A stretch of DNA of 64,000 bases from Dendrobates tinctorius (GCF_039654945.1 NW_027361709.1:6386001-6450000), one strand, 5' to 3'; shown: positions 37,761 through 52,547, counted from the first letter of the stretch. A program made the numbers and translations. Notes: generated by a model not told the origin, from the letters alone.

Positions 37761-38206
37761 GACATGAAGTGAACAGATACAGACATCTCCAGTTATATAC
37801 ATACATTATTTGAAATTTGGCGCCAAGAACACATGTGATAGAGGGACAAATGTCAAAGTTCACAGGTTAAAGAAGCGCATAGTATGTTATACATTGCAAT
37901 AAATTATAAAAGGTTTCTCTTTTTATTTGTATTGCAGACAAAAACTTTATATTAAAAAAGAAAAAAAGAAAAAAAAGGGGGGAAAGAAAAAATATATATA
38001 TGGAAAATGATTATACCGGGAGCAACGAACCCGTTACCAAAAGGGAAAGAGGCTCTAAATCAACAGTCAGACCCACTATACCGAAGAAGGACATGCCTGG
38101 GAGAGGAAGATTATTCCGATGTATATAAAATTGGATGATTCATTTGTTTATTGTTAAAAGAATTTTTAATAAAAAAGGAGCGGAAAAAAGATTATATGTA
38201 TTAAAA

Positions 38207-38247
<41 letters not shown>

Positions 38248-38539
38248 AAACTTTTTTTTAAAAATTACTAAATTATTACAACTCCGGGTGACTTTCTCAA
38301 GGGATTTCAAAAGGATCCATTGGTACTTCGTATAAAACTGGGACCTACACTAACATTGCTAATGAAAACATATGGGAGCAGGATCGCTACCATAAGGAGA
38401 AGAACAAGGAAATTACATCACATTATTTTTTATAGAAATATCGAATGAAAGATGTGAACATGATTAAGATAAAATATATAGATTATTATCTATTCTTTAG
38501 TCACGCTCTAGTGTAAAACGGGGGTATAAAATATAACAC

Positions 38540-38830
38540 TTTGTCAGGCAGGTTCTATTTAAGTGATTTCTTGATTGAGAACAGGTGTGGCAATAATCAA
38601 GCCTGGGTGTGGCTGGGGAGTGTGAACTCAGCTTCCCAAAGATGTGATAAAGCACAGTTAATTTGTGTTTTAAGGTGGGGGGGTAATCACTTTTTCACAC
38701 AGGGCCCTGTAGGTTTGGATTTTTTTCCCCTTAATAATAAAGTCCTTCATTTAAAATCTGCATTTTGTGGTTACTTGTATTATCTTTGTCTAATATTTAA
38801 ATTTGTTTGGTGTCTGAAAAATATTCAGAA
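38540..38830 (+). mobile_element. Internally deleted Tc1-like remnant
   Basis: Sequence resembles Tc1 5' leader (aacaggtgtggcaataatcaagcctggg) joined to post-ORF sequence (ggggggtaatcacttttcacacagggcc); recognised from memory only. Confidence 0.4.
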
Positions 38831-39139
38831 TTAATGTAAAGACGGGCTAAAGGAAAAAGAAAAGTAAATATGGTCTTATCCGGGTGGTGCTTCAAATGAT
38901 AATAAAAAATCCACTCACCTATTCCAGGACAGATAAAAGCTCATGAACCAACTGTCAGTCTGCTGCACGCCCGAAGGTCCGCTCCGTGACCGCCACTGTG
39001 AATCCTTATGGTCCTCAAAAGCTAGACATCATGCCACGATGCAAAGAAAATTCTAGAACAAGTAAGATCTTAATTACTTTGTTTCTATTGGTCTGGAAAA
39101 GGTTATAAAGCCATTTATAAAGCTTCTCCTGACCTGTAT

Positions 39140-42100
39140 GTATAGATTGCAGAGTACCACTCCTCCCGTCCTATATATATACACTGCACAGTACTTCTCC
39201 TGTCTTGTGTATATATACACTGCAAAGTACCGCTCCTCCTGTCCTGTATATAAACACTGCACAGTACCACTCCTCCTGTCCTGTATATATACACTGCACA
39301 GTACTACTCCTCCTGTCCTGTATATACACTGTAAAGTACCACTCCTCCTGTCCTGTATATACACTGTAAAGTACCACTCCTCCTACACTGTATTTATACA
39401 CTGCACAGTACCACTCCTCCTTTCCTATATATACACTGCACAGTACCACTCCTCCTGTCCTGTATATACACTGCACAGTACCACTCCTCCTACACTGTAT
39501 TTATACACTGCACAGTACCACTCCTCCTACACTGTATTTATACACTGCACAGTACCACTCCTCCTTTCCTATATATACACTGCACAGTACCACTCCTCCT
39601 ACACTGTATTTATACACTGCACAGTACCACTCCTCCTACACTGTAGTTATACACTGCACAGTACCACTCCTCCTGTCCTGTATATAAACACTGCACAGTA
39701 CCACTCCTCCTGTCCTGTATATATACACTGCACAGTACCACTCCTCCTACACTGTATTTATACACTGCACAGTACCACTCCTCCTGTCCTGTATATAAAC
39801 ACTGCACAGTACTCCTCCTCCTGTCCTGTATATACACTGCACAGTACCACTCCTCCTACACTGTATTTATACACTGCACAGTACCACTCCTCCTGTCCTG
39901 TATATAAACACTGCACAGTACCACTCCTCCTGTCCTGTATATATACACTGCACAGTACCACTCCTCCTGTCCTGTATATAAACACTGCACAGTACCACTC
40001 CTCCTGTCCTGTATATATACACTGCACAGTACTCCTCCTCCTGTCCTGTATATACACTGCACAGTACCACTCCTCCTACACTGTATTTATACACTGCACA
40101 GTACCACTCCTCCTACACTGTATTTATACACTGCACAGTACCACTCCTCCTACACTGTATTTATACACTGCACAGTACCACTCCTCCTTTCCTATATATA
40201 CACTGCACAGTACCACTCCTCCTGTCCTGTATATACACTGCACAGTACCACTCCTCCTACACTGTATTTATACAATGCACAGTACCACTCCTCCTGTCCT
40301 GTATATACACTGCACAGTACCACTCCTCCTACACTGTATTTATACACTGCACAGTACCACTCCTCCTACACTGTAGTTATACACTGCACAGTACCACTCC
40401 TCCTGTCCTGTATATAAACACTGCACAGTACCACTCCTCCTGTCCTGTATATATACACTGCACAGTACTCCTCCTCCTGTCCTGTATATACACTGCACAG
40501 TACCACTCCTCCTACACTGTATTTATCCACTGCACAGTACCACTCCTCCTACACTGTATTTATACACTGCACAGTACCACTCCTCCTACACTGTATTTAT
40601 ACACTGCACAGTACCACTCCTCCTTTCCTATATATACACTGCACAGTACCACTCCTCCTGTCCTGTATATACACTGCACAGTACCACTCCTCCTACACTG
40701 TATTTATACACTGCACAGTACCACTCCTCCTACACTGTAGTTATACACTGCACAGTACCACTCCTCCTGTCCTGTATATAAACACTGCACAGTACCACTC
40801 CTCCTGTCCTGTATATATACACTGCACAGTACTACTACTCCTGTCCTGTATATATACACTGCACAGTACTACTCCTCCTGTCCTGTATATACACTGCACA
40901 GTACCACTCCTCCTACACTGTAGTTATACACTGCACAGTACCACTCCTCCTACACTGTATTTATACACTGCACAGTACCACTCCTCCTACACTGTATTTA
41001 TACACTGCACAGTACCACTCCTCCTGTCCTGTATATATACACTGCACAGTACCACTCCACCTGTCCTGTATATATACACTGCACAGTACCACTTCTCCTG
41101 TCCTGTATATATACACTGCACAGTACCACTCCTCCTGTCCTGTATATAAACACTGCACAGTACCACTCCTCCTGTCCTGTATATATACACTGCACAGTAC
41201 CACTCCTCCTGTCCTGTATATATACACTGCACAGTACTACTCCTCCTGTCCTGTATATACACTGCACAGTACCACTCCTCCTACACTGTAGTTATACACT
41301 GCACAGTACCACTCCTCCTACACTGTATTTATACACTGCACAGTACCACTCCTCCTACACTGTATTTATACACTGCACAGTACCACTCCTCCTTTCCTAT
41401 ATATACACTGCACAGTAGCAGTTCTCTCCTATATATACACTGCACAGTAGCAGTTCTTTACCGGATTATATACCGAATACACTGCACAGTAGCAGTTCTC
41501 TCCTGTATATATACACTGCACAGTACCACTCCTCCTGTATATATACACTGCACAGTACCACTCCTCCTGTATATATACACTGCACAGTACCGCTCCTCCT
41601 GTATATACACTGCACAGTACCACTCCTCCTGTATATATACACTGCACAGTACCACTCCTCCAGTATATATACACTGCACAGTACCACTCCTCCTGTATAT
41701 ATACACTGCACAGTACCACTCCTCCAGTATATATACACTGCACAGTACCACTCCTCCAGTATATATACTGCACAGTACCACTCCTCCAGTATATATACAC
41801 TGCACAGTACCACTCCTCCTGTATATATACCGCACAGTACCACTCCTCCTGTATATATACACTGCACAGTACCACTCCTCCAGTATATATACACTGCACA
41901 GTACCACTCCTCCAGTATATATACACTGCACAGTACCACTCCTCCAGTATATATACACTGCACAGTACCACTCCTCCAGTATATATACACTGCACAGTAC
42001 CACTCCTCCAGTATATATACACTGCACAGTACCACTCCTCCTGTATATATACACCGCACAGTACCACTCCTCCTGTATATATACACTGCACAGTACCACT

Positions 42101-42466
42101 CCTCCAGTATATATACACTGCACAGTACCACTCCTCCAGTATATATACACTGCACAGTACCACTCCTCCAGTATATATACACTGCACAGTACCACTCCTC
42201 CTGTATATATACACTGCACAGTACCACTCCTCCTGTATATATACACTGCACAGTACCGCTCCTCCTGTATATACACTGCACAGTACCACTCCTCCTGTAT
42301 ATATACACTGCACAGTACCACTCCTCCAGTATATATACACTGCACAGTACCACTCCTCCTGTATATATACACTGCACAGTACCACTCCTCCAGTATATAT
42401 ACACTGCACAGTACCACTCCTCCAGTATATATACACTGCACAGTACCACTCCTCCTGTCCTGTATA
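39140..42466. repeat. ~28-35-bp minisatellite (tatacactgcacagtaccactcctcc + tgtcctg/tacactg/tg/ag variants)
   Basis: Direct reading; patches of different variants. Confidence 0.97.
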
Positions 42467-43994
42467 CACTGTGTGCAGAATTATTAGGCAAATGAGTATT
42501 TTGATCACATCATCCTTTTTATACATGTTGTCCTACTCCAAGCTGTACAGGCTTGAAAGCCAACTGCCAATTATGTAAATCAAGTGATTTGCATCTCTGT
42601 AATGAGGAGGGGTGTGGTCTAATGACATCGACACCCTATATAAGGTGTGCTTAATTATTAGGCAACTTCCTTTCCTTTGGCAAAATGGGTCAGAAGAAAG
42701 ATTTGACGGACTCTGAAAAGTCAAAAATTGTGCGATGTCTTGCAGAGGGATGCAGCAGTCTTGAAATTGCCAAACTTTTGAAGCGTTTCATGGCAAAGAG
42801 CCAACAGGGTCGTAAGAAGCGTGTTGATAAAAAAAAGGCGCAAAATAACTGCCCATCAATTGAGGAAAATCAAGCGTCAAGTGGCCAAGATGCCATTTGC
42901 CACCAGTTTTGCCATATTTCAGAGCTGCAACGTTACTGGAGTATCAAAAAGCACAAGGTGTGCCATACTCAGGGACATGGGGAAGGTAAGGAAGGCTGGA
43001 AAACGACCACCTTTCAACAAGAAACATAAGAAAAAACATCAAGACTGGGCCAATAAATATTTTAAGACTGATTTTTGTAAGGTTTTATGGACTGATGAAA
43101 TGAGAGCGACTCTTGATGGGCCAGATGGATGGGCCCGAGGCTGGATCAGTAAAGGGCAGAGAGCTCCACTCCGACTCAGACACCAGCAAGGTGGAGGTGG
43201 GGTACTGGTATGGGCTGGTATCATCAAAGATGAACTTGTGGGACCTTTTCGGGTTGAGGATGGAGTGAAGCTCAACTCCCAGACCTACTGGCAGTTTCTG
43301 GAAGACTCCTTCTTCAAGCAGTGGTGCAGGAAGAAGTCGGTATCGCTCAAGAAAAATATGATTGTCATGCAGGACAATGCTCCCTCACATGCATCCAAAT
43401 ACTCCACAGCGTGGCTGCCAGTAAAGGTCTAAAAGAAGAAAAAATAATGACATGGCCCCCTTGTTCACCTGATCTGAACCCCATGGAGAACCTGTGGTCC
43501 CTCATAAAATGCGAGATCTACAGGGAGGGAAAACAGTACACCTCTCGGAACAGTGTCTGGGAGGCTGTGGTGGCTGCGGCACATTGCAATGTTGATCGTA
43601 AACAGATCAAGCAACTGACAGAATCTATGGGAGGAAGGCCAGTGTCATCGTCAAGAAAGGAGGCTATATTGGTCACAGATTTTTTTTTTTTTTTGTATGT
43701 CAGAAACGTTTATTTCTAAATTTTGTGTTGCTCTATTGGTTTACCTGGTGAAAATAAACAAGTGAGATGGGTGTATATTTGGTTTTTTATTAAGTTGCCT
43801 AATAATTATGCACAGTAATAGTTACCTGAAAAAACAGATAGGATAGCCAAATCTAAAAAAAAAACCCACTCCAACTTCCAAAAATATTAAGCTTTGATAT
43901 TTGAGTCTTTTGGGTGGATTGAGAACATAATTGTTGTTCAATAATAAAAAGAATCCTCTCAAATACAACTTGCCTAATAATTCTGCACGCAGTG
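42467..43994 (+). mobile_element. Tc1-family DNA transposon (IR/DR type), full length, transposase frameshifted
   Basis: TA target duplication (42465-6, 43995-6); TIRs CACTGTGTGCAGAATTATTAGGCAA / TTGCCTAATAATTCTGCACGCAGTG; inner DRs at ~42650 and ~43795; transposase MGQKKDL...VLWTDE...QDNAPSH...SPDLNPMENLW split over 3 ORFs (42685-43719). Confidence 0.95.
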
Positions 43995-44507
43995 TATATA
44001 CACTGCACAGTAGCAGTTCTCTCCTGTATATACACTGCACAGTAGCAGTTCTCTCCTGTATATACACTGCACAGTAGCAGTTCTCTCCTGTATATACACT
44101 GCACAGTAGCAGTTCTCTCCTATATATACACTGCACAGTAGCAGTTCTCTCCTGTATGAACACTGCACAGTAGCAGTTCTCTCCTGTATATACACTGCAC
44201 AGTAGCAGTTCTCTTCTGTATGTACACTGCACAGTAGTTCTCTCCTGTATGAACACTGCACAGTAGCAGTTCTCTCCTGTATATACACTGTACAGTAGCA
44301 GTTCTCTCCTGTATCTACACTGCACAGTAGCAGTTCTCTCCTGTATATACACTGCACAGTACCAGTTCTCTCCTGTATGTACACTGCACAGTAGCAGTTC
44401 TCTCCTGTATGAACACTGCACAGTAGCAGTTCTCTCCTGTATACACACTGCACAGTAGCAGTTCTCTCCTGTATCTACACTGCACAGTAGCAGTTCTCTC
44501 CTGTATA
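43995..44507. repeat. Continuation of the same minisatellite (tacactgcacagtagcagttctctcctgta variant)
   Basis: Direct reading. Confidence 0.95.
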
Positions 44508-45226
44508 CTGGGTGTAATTAGATCGCTATAAGGATGGGTTCACACGACAGTAAAAAAAAAAAACATGGTTCCGACTTTCATCATGGACAGTGGGATGATT
44601 TTCTTCCCATCACCCGTGTACGGTCAGTTTGTTTCTCGTCAGATATTAATCTTTCACAGTTCCGTTACAGGATTGTTATGTCTCCGTCAGTATTGGGCGC
44701 TGCACTGATAGATCTGATTTTTTTCTCGTGCCCATAGATTGAAATGGTCGAGTCTCATCCAATTACAAAGTCAGATTGTGGGTTTAATACGATTTGTTTT
44801 CTCACACGAATCAGTACGAGAAATAAAACGTTTCTCTGCGCGGCCTCTCTGTATGACATCGTCATTGCCCGCGTTCCTGATTGTCATTATTCGTTTCTAC
44901 ATTCCGATGAGCAAAAAAAAAATAAAATAAAATCTTGAAAAACCTCTTTAAGTGGGTGATCCCAAGTTTGGAAGTTGTCTCCATCTCCTGGATACAGGAT
45001 GACTTTTTCTGTAGATCCGACCGCTGGGAAACGTAGCTTTGTAGGGCGCCATCTAAATGGAGCTGTGGTCGATCGAACGCCCTGCGGCGCCATTGACATG
45101 TGGTTCTTCAAATAACTTCTTTAAGAGAATGGTGAGGGGCAGGGCGCGACCACGTAAAAGCAATATTCACTGATCGGGCTGATGGGTGTTATAGTATGTG
45201 GGATGGTGGGGTTTGGGTGGCAGGGG

Positions 45227-46026
45227 TCCCAGGTCTCATCTGACCACATGACCTTCTCCCATGTCTCCTCTGGATCATCCAGATGGTCATTGATGAACTT
45301 CAAACGGGCCTGGACATGTGCTGGCGTGAGCAGGAGGACCTTGTGTGCCCTGCAGGATTTTAAGCCATGACGGTGTAGTGTGTTACTAGTGGTAATGACT
45401 GAGACTGTGGTCCCAGCTCTCTTCAGGTCATTGACCAGGTCCTCCTGTGTAGTTCTGGGCTGATTCCTGACCTTTCTCAGAATCATCCTTACCCCACGTG
45501 GCAAGATCAAATGTGGAGCCCCAGACCGAGGAAGATTAACCGTCCTCTTGTGTTCCTTCCATTTTCTAATAATTGTGCCCATAGTTGTTGCCTTCTCACC
45601 AAGCTGCTTGCCTATTGTCCTGTAGCGCATCCCAGCCTTGTGTAGGTCTACAATTTTGTCCCTGGTGTCCTTAGACAGCTCTTTGGTCTTGGCCATGGTG
45701 GAGAGGATGGTGATTGATGAGTGTGTGGACATGTGTCTTTTATACACGTAAAGAGGTCAAACAGGTGCAACTAATACAGGTAATGAGTGCAGAGTAGGAG
45801 GCTTCTTACGGAAAAACTAACAGGTCTGTGAGAGCCAGAATTCTTGCTGGTTGGTCGGTGATCAAATACTTATTTCATGCAACAAAATGCAAATTAATTA
45901 TGTAAAAATCCTACAATGTGATTTTCTGGATTTTATTTTTAGATTCTGTCTCTCACAGGTGAAGTGTACCTACGGCAAAAATTACAGACCTCTCCATTCT
46001 TTGTAGGTGGGAAAACTTGCAAAATC
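45227..46026 (-). mobile_element. Truncated Tc1-family transposon (5' half)
   Basis: [22 protein letters not shown]...RSGAP...[10 protein letters not shown]: paired-like HTH plus the first catalytic D, then truncated. Confidence 0.88.
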
Positions 46027-46233
46027 ACCGTATATGGGGAAAAAAATATTTTTGCAGTTGCACTTCATCAAAAACAATGCGCGGCTTGGCTCATTTTTTT
46101 CTGCACATTCAACTTTGATGTGGTATGTGGTCACAGAACACCCGAGAGGAGCTCAGAAAAAGACAATGAAAAGAGTTCCATACTCCGGGAGCTCACTGCT
46201 GAAAACTCAGTTAACCCCTTCTGCGGCAAGCAA

Positions 46234-48716
46234 TAGACAATGCAAAGGCAGAGGCTATAGAAGACAATGCAAAGGCAGAGGCTATAGAAGACAATGCAAA
46301 GGCAGAGGCTATAGAAGACAATGCAAAGGTAGAGGCTATAGAAGACAATGCAAAGGTAGAGGCTATAGAAGACAATGCAAAGGCAGAGGCTATAGAAGAC
46401 AATGCAAAGGCAGAGGCTATAGAAGACAATGCAAAGGTAGAGGCTATAGAAGACAATGCAAAGGCAGAGGCTATAGAAGACAATGCAAAGGCAGAGGCTA
46501 TAGAAGACAATGCAAAGGCAGAGGCTATAGAAGACAATGCAAAGGTAGAGGCTATAGAAGACAATGCAAAGGCAGAGGCTATAGAAGACAATGCAAAGGT
46601 AGAGGCTATAGAAGACAATGCAAAGGTAGAGGCTATAGAAGACAATGCAAAGGCAGAGGCTATAGAAGACAATGCAAAGGCAGAGGCTATAGAAGACAAT
46701 GCAAAGGCAGAGGCTATAGAAGACAATGCAAAGGTAGAGGCTATAGAAGACAATGCAAAGGCAGAGGCTATAGAAGACAATGCAAAGGTAGAGGCTATAG
46801 AAGACAATGCAAAGGCAGAGGCTATAGAAGACAATGCAAAGGTAGAGGCTATAGAAGACAATGCAAAGGCAGAGGCTATAGAAGACAATGCAAAGGTAGA
46901 GGCTATAGAAGACAATGCAAAGGCAGAGGCTATAGAAGACAATGCAAAGGCAGAGGCTATAGAAGACAATGCAAAGGTAGAGGCTATAGAAGACAATGCA
47001 AAGGCAGAGGCTATAGAAGACAATGCAAAGGCAGAGGCTATAGAAGACAATGCAAAGGCAGAGGCTATAGAAGACAATGCAAAGGCAGAGGCTATAGAAG
47101 ACAATGCAAAGGCAGAGGCTATAGAAGACAATGCAAAGGCAGAGGCTATAGAAGACAATGCAAAGGCAGAGGCTATAGAAGACCATGCAAAGGCAGAGGC
47201 TATAGAAGACCATGCAAAGGCAGAGGCTATAGAAGACAATGCAAAGGCAGAGGCTATAGAAGACAATGCAAAGGTAGAGGCTATAGAAGACAATGCAAAG
47301 GCAGAGGCTATAGAAGACAATGCAAAGGCAGAGGCTATAGAAGACAATGCAAGGCAGAGGCTATAGAAGACAATGCAAAGACAGAGGCTATAGAAGACAA
47401 TGCAAAGGCAGAGGCTATAGAAGACAATGCAAAGGCAGAGGCTATAGAAGACAATGCAAAGGCAGAGGCTATAGAAGACAATGCAAGGCAGAGGCTATAG
47501 AAGACAATGCAAAGACAGAGGCTATAGAAGACAATGCAAGGCAGAGGCTATAGAAGACAATGCAAAGGCAGAGGCTATAGAAGACAATGCAAAGGCAGAG
47601 GCTATAGAAGACAATGCAAAGGCAGAGGCTATAGAAGACAATGCAAGGCAGAGGCTATAGAAGACAATGCAAAGACAGAGGCTATAGAAGACAATGCAAG
47701 GCAGAGGCTATAGAAGACAATGCAAAGGCAGAGGCTATAGAAGACAATGCAAAGGCAGAGGCTATAGAAGACAATGCAAAGGCAGAGGCTATAGAAGACA
47801 ATGCAAGGCAGAGGCTATAGAAGACAATGCAAAGGCAGAGGCTATAGAAGACAATGCAAAGGCAGAGGCTATAGAAGACAATGCAAAGGCAGAGGCTATA
47901 GAAGACAATGCAAAGGCAGAGGCTATAGAAGACAATGCAAAGGCAGAGGCTATAGAAGACAATGCAAAGGCAGAGGCTATAGAAGACAATGCAAAGGCAG
48001 AGGCTATAGAAGACAATGCAAAGGCAGAGGCTATAGAAGACAATGCAAGGCAGAGGCTATAGAAGACAATGCAAAGGCAGAGGCTATAGAAGACAATGCA
48101 AAGGCAGAGGCTATAGAAGACAATGCAAAGGCAGAGGCTATAGAAGACAATGCAAAGGCAGAGGCTATAGAAGACCATGCAAAGGCAGAGGCTATAGAAG
48201 ACCATGCAAAGGCAGAGGCTATAGAAGACAATGCAAAGGCAGAGGCTATAGAAGACAATGCAAAGGCAGAGGCTATAGAAGACAATGCAAAGGCAGAGGC
48301 TATAGAAGACCATGCAAAGGCAGAGGCTATAGAAGACAATGCAAGGCAGAGGCTATAGAAGACAATGCAAAGGCAGAGGCTATAGAAGACCATGCAAAGT
48401 CAGAGGCTATAGAAGACCATGCAAAGGCAGAGGCTATAGAAGACAATGCAAAGGCAGAGGCTATAGAAGACCATGCAAAGGCAGAGGCTATAGAAGACCA
48501 TGCAAAGGCAGAGGCTATAGAAGACCATGCAAAGGCAGAGGCTATAGAAGACAATGCAAAGGCAGAGGCTATAGAAGACAATGCAAAGGCAGAGGCTATA
48601 GAAGACCATGCAAAGGCAGAGGCTATAGAAGACAATGCAAAGGCAGAGGCTATAGAAGACAATGCAAAGGCAGAGGCTATAGAAGACAATGCAAAGGCAG
48701 AGGCTATAGAAGACAA
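46234..48716. repeat. 27-bp minisatellite (gcaaaggcagaggctatagaagacaat), ~92 units
   Basis: Direct reading; occasional 26-bp units. Confidence 0.98.
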
Positions 48717-51714
48717 GTGCAACAAAAAAAACAACAGTGCAGTGAGGACACTGCTCTATTGACAGAAAAATTAAAAAGATGCGGGTCTCGGAAAACGGCA
48801 TCACAAACTACATTTTTTTTTTTTTTTACCATGGCACCAAATTTTCACCGAGTGGTGTTCAGCGCAGAAGACTAGGGGTCACCGCCTACAAATCCATTTT
48901 TATTTTCTGCGGTTGTTTCCTTATTTTTTAGACTCCGTTTTACACAAAGTTCACCTCTAGGGGGAGCCCTAACCATATGGGACAAATGAAGGCGATGTGG
49001 AGGGAATATGTCCATTTCTTCCTATCAAGGGACCCATGTGTAGAGGATCCCTGCCAGTCAGCGACCGTCATCCTCCCAGTGTTAGGCCGGAGTCACAGTA
49101 GAGAGAAATACGGATGAGTGCTATGCGAGAAAAAAATCACATAGCACTCGGACCAAAGTTAATCTATGGGGCAGCTCCTATCATCCGTTTTTTTTCGCGC
49201 CCCTATTATACATGCGGGTGAAATCGCAGCATGCTGCACTGTATATCAGCCGAGATTCTCCAATGCAAGTCTATGGGTGCGAGAAAAAAGAGGATTACAC
49301 ACAGACCAGACATGTGACTTGCGAGAACCTGGTGTCTTTTAGAAAAGCCGGCAATTCAGTGTGCTATACTGTAAAATCACACTGACAGGTTAAAAATAGC
49401 ATAGAATACATGTATACACATAGTACAGTATAGGTATATATATGTCATTGACACACATATATATATTTATATTTTATAGAGATATAGATAGCAGAAAAGG
49501 TGAAAATTCCAATTGTCGGCATCTGTAAAATCATTACATAACCGGACAGGATATGAGACCTGGTTTACATATAGTAAACCATTGCATATCCGTTAGATTT
49601 ATATATGTCCCTCACTAATAATGTTAGTAGTGTGTGTGTGTGTGTGTGTGTGTGCAATTTTGGAGTTGTAGGTGTTAAATCAAAGGATTAATTTCTGGAA
49701 AAAACTGGCGTCGGCTCCCGCCCAATTTTCTCCGCCAGAGAGGGAAAGCCAGTGACTGAGGGCAGAAATTAATAGCCTAGAGTGGGACCATTGTTTTTTT
49801 GGGCCGCCCCTGGCTAAAAAAAAATCTGCCACCAGCCACCCCTAGAAGATGTGCCAATTCCGGCACTTACCCGCTCTCTTCCCATTGCCCTGTAGCGGGT
49901 GGCATATGGGGTAATAAGGGGTTAATGTCACATTGCTATTGGAAGGTGACATTAAGCCTGGTTAATAATGGAGAGGTGTCATTATGACACCTCTCCATTA
50001 TTAATCCACTAGTCAGAAAGGGTTAAAAAACACACACAGACATTAAGAAAAAAGACTTTTAATGAAATAAATAAACACACATTTTTTTTCCATCCTTATT
50101 TCACTCCTAATTCAATCGAAGCCATCGTTCTCTTGTAAAAAAATCCAAAATAAAAAAGCAACAATATCCCATAGCTGTCCGCCGTACAAATAAAAAAGCC
50201 AAGAAGCCAGCGCTGCCTATGGTCAGCACACAATGCATAAAGTGCACATATTAATTTCTAACTGTACTTAGTTAAAATGAGACATTTAGCAAACAGTTGA
50301 TCAATCATTTGAGCCGCCGCGCCAAGGCACTCTCATACGGGGCAGTCCTACTCTACGTTCTTTATATTCGCTGTGCCATTGCGGCCTCCTAAATGTATTA
50401 AAAGCAAGACTGTATAAAACGCAAACGTGCCCGAAGCATTTATGGACATCACATCATTTAAAACCTCGTTTTTTTTTTCTGCAAACTTTTATACCAAAAT
50501 ACACAATCACAATCTGCTTTGAATATTGCATTTTTGTTTTGTTTGTTTTTTTTTTTGCTGCATTTCTCCATTTTTTTTTTTTTTTAATGCGTTTTTGAAG
50601 CAAGCAAATTTTTTAGGACAAAAGGGGTGAGATTCTGCGCTGCCAAACAAAACTGCATTTCATTGCTGGTGATAGGAAATCCTATCATAAAACCGCGCAG
50701 AAAAAAAGCGCGACAAAGATGCAACATGTGCACTGGATCTTACTTGGGAAGAATATAGGGAATAAATGGACCAAAAATACGGCGTCCTCAAACAGCCATG
50801 AAATCACGTCCACTTTGCTTGCAGCAGATTTTTGGCACAAAAAAAAAAAACATAATGGGAAAAAAATGCAGATTTTATGCTACATGTGATCACGGCCTGA
50901 TGATGTATATTCCCAGGACGACTGAGAAACTTTTTAAAGTTTAATACAACTTTGTGGATTTTGGCGGTCCTGGCATTATGGGGGGTCCGATAAGTGCGAG
51001 TATGGGATCGATGTGGGCAGCGGGGCTCTCCTCGCCTCTCTAGCTGCGTCAATCCTATTGATCACCGGTTCACCCTATGATGACCCTATGATGACATCAG
51101 CGTCGCCATGGCAACCATTATGACATCATAATGAGGGGCGGGGCTTGATACACACACACACTTTTTCCCCATTATGTAGATAGGGGCAAAATTGTTTGGC
51201 GAATTGCAACGCGCAGGGTTAAAATTTCGCCTCACAACATAGCCTAGGACGCTCTCGGGGTCCAGACGTGTGACTGTGCCAAATTTTGGCACACACACAC
51301 ACACATACTTGAGCTTTATATAACAAATATACCGTATATGTAAAAATAATGAAAAATAAAAAATAGATAAAAATAATAAAATAAATTTAAAAATCTCATT
51401 TTTTGTCATCAACGCTTGCGGAACGGTCTGAATAAGAATATTTGGTGCCAGAGTCAAGGGTAAAACAAAAACTTGAAAAAGCAGTAAAAAAAAACAAAAA
51501 AAAACCACGCTGACAACTCGGTATTCGGGTTTTTCCCATTATTTCTGGAGCAGCCGAACAAATGGGCGAGGAGCTGTAACAATATGGACGGATCGTTTAT
51601 ACTCCATGCGCACGATCCAGAGAACGCACGGATCCACTGAACAACACGCACACAAAATTCACGGTTCAGTTTTGAGAACGATAAAAGAAAAATCCATTAT
51701 ATAAATCCTGCACC

Positions 51715-52155
51715 CCCACGGTCTAAGTGGACTGACCTTAGCTGTCATAGAACCCTATGGAAATGTAGGGTGGTCTCACATGCACAATGGGGGTGTTCAA
51801 GTTCTGAGCCCCCAAATAGAGAATCACCGCTATATAAGTGGGCTTAACTCAGATATCATGGAAGCTTATGGAGATCTAGGCTTATCTTTCTAGCACAAGG
51901 GGGCTGTCCAGAATCTGAGAACATAACAGAATCCCCCACGATTGAAGTGGACTGACCTTAGCTACCATATAACCCTATGGCAATCTAGGTTGTGCTCACT
52001 TGTACAATGGGGGTGTCCATGTTCTCAACCCCAATACAGAACCCCCATCATTCAAGTGGACTGTGCTTAGATACAGTAATAATCTATGGCAACCAAGGTT
52101 CATCCCACTTGCACAATGGGGGTGTCCAGGTGCTGCGCCCCAATACAGACTATTA
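51715..52155. repeat. Degenerate ~109-bp tandem repeat x4 just upstream of the rab7a promoter
   Basis: 'aagtgg' anchors at ~51726, 51836, 51945 and 52054 with shared downstream ...atgg...caatgggggtgt. Confidence 0.75.
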
Positions 52156-52294
52156 TCTCACACTGGCTACTCCCGACAGACCCCGACTCGTCACTCTACA
52201 TAATAGCAGACTCCAATCACAGCCGAGTATATCCATCCGCAGACACACACGACCACCCACCCTCTCCCCGATCTATAAAGCAGCACCTCGCCTC

Positions 52295-52430
52295 AGGTAA
52301 CATGGCGGAGTGAAAGTGACACAGCACGTCAGGTGACCAGCCGTGACCCCGCCTCCTTCTCCACATCTACCAATGGGCGTGAGGGAATAGCCTGTGACGT
52401 CAGCAGTCCCATGACTGGTTATCACTTCCG
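52295..52430 (+). promoter_or_regulatory. rab7a: rab7a promoter: YY1-like AACATGGCGG (52299), CLEAR-like GTCAGGTGAC (52328), GC box CCCCGCCT (52347), CCAAT (52370), CRE TGACGTCA (52395), ETS CACTTCCG (52423)
   Basis: Dense cluster of housekeeping motifs at the 5' edge of a CpG island, followed by a strong splice donor. Confidence 0.7.
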
Positions 52431-52547
52431 CTGGGAAGAGAAGGGCTGGCAGGGAGGAAGCTGAGAGAAGCAGCGGAGAGGGCCCGGCGGAGCACAGGAG
52501 CGGCCCGGCACACGAGCGCACACCCAGCAGCCACCTACTCACCGCGG
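52424..52547 (+). other. rab7a: rab7a non-coding exon 1 (TSS approximate)
   Basis: Begins near ACTTCCGCT (resembles the human RAB7A 5' end as recalled) and ends at donor CGG|GTAAGG (52548). Vertebrate RAB7A has an untranslated first exon and a long intron 1. Confidence 0.65.

Noticed and set aside
39140-41420. CRISPR-like pattern (constant core alternating with variable segments)
   Set aside because: Eukaryotic locus; the 'spacers' are a few recurrent variants rather than unique sequences; no cas genes
39074-44453. Tyr/Cys-rich ORFs
   Set aside because: Minisatellite translations in all frames
46007-48875. RRQCKGRGY / AEAIEDNAK repeat proteins
   Set aside because: 27-bp satellite artefact; 26-bp units cause arbitrary frameshifts
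49084-51330. Composite of Harbinger-like start, (TG)n and a possible Helitron/HINE-like 3' fragment
   Set aside because: Probably nested TE debris, but termini and families could not be supported from the sequence alone
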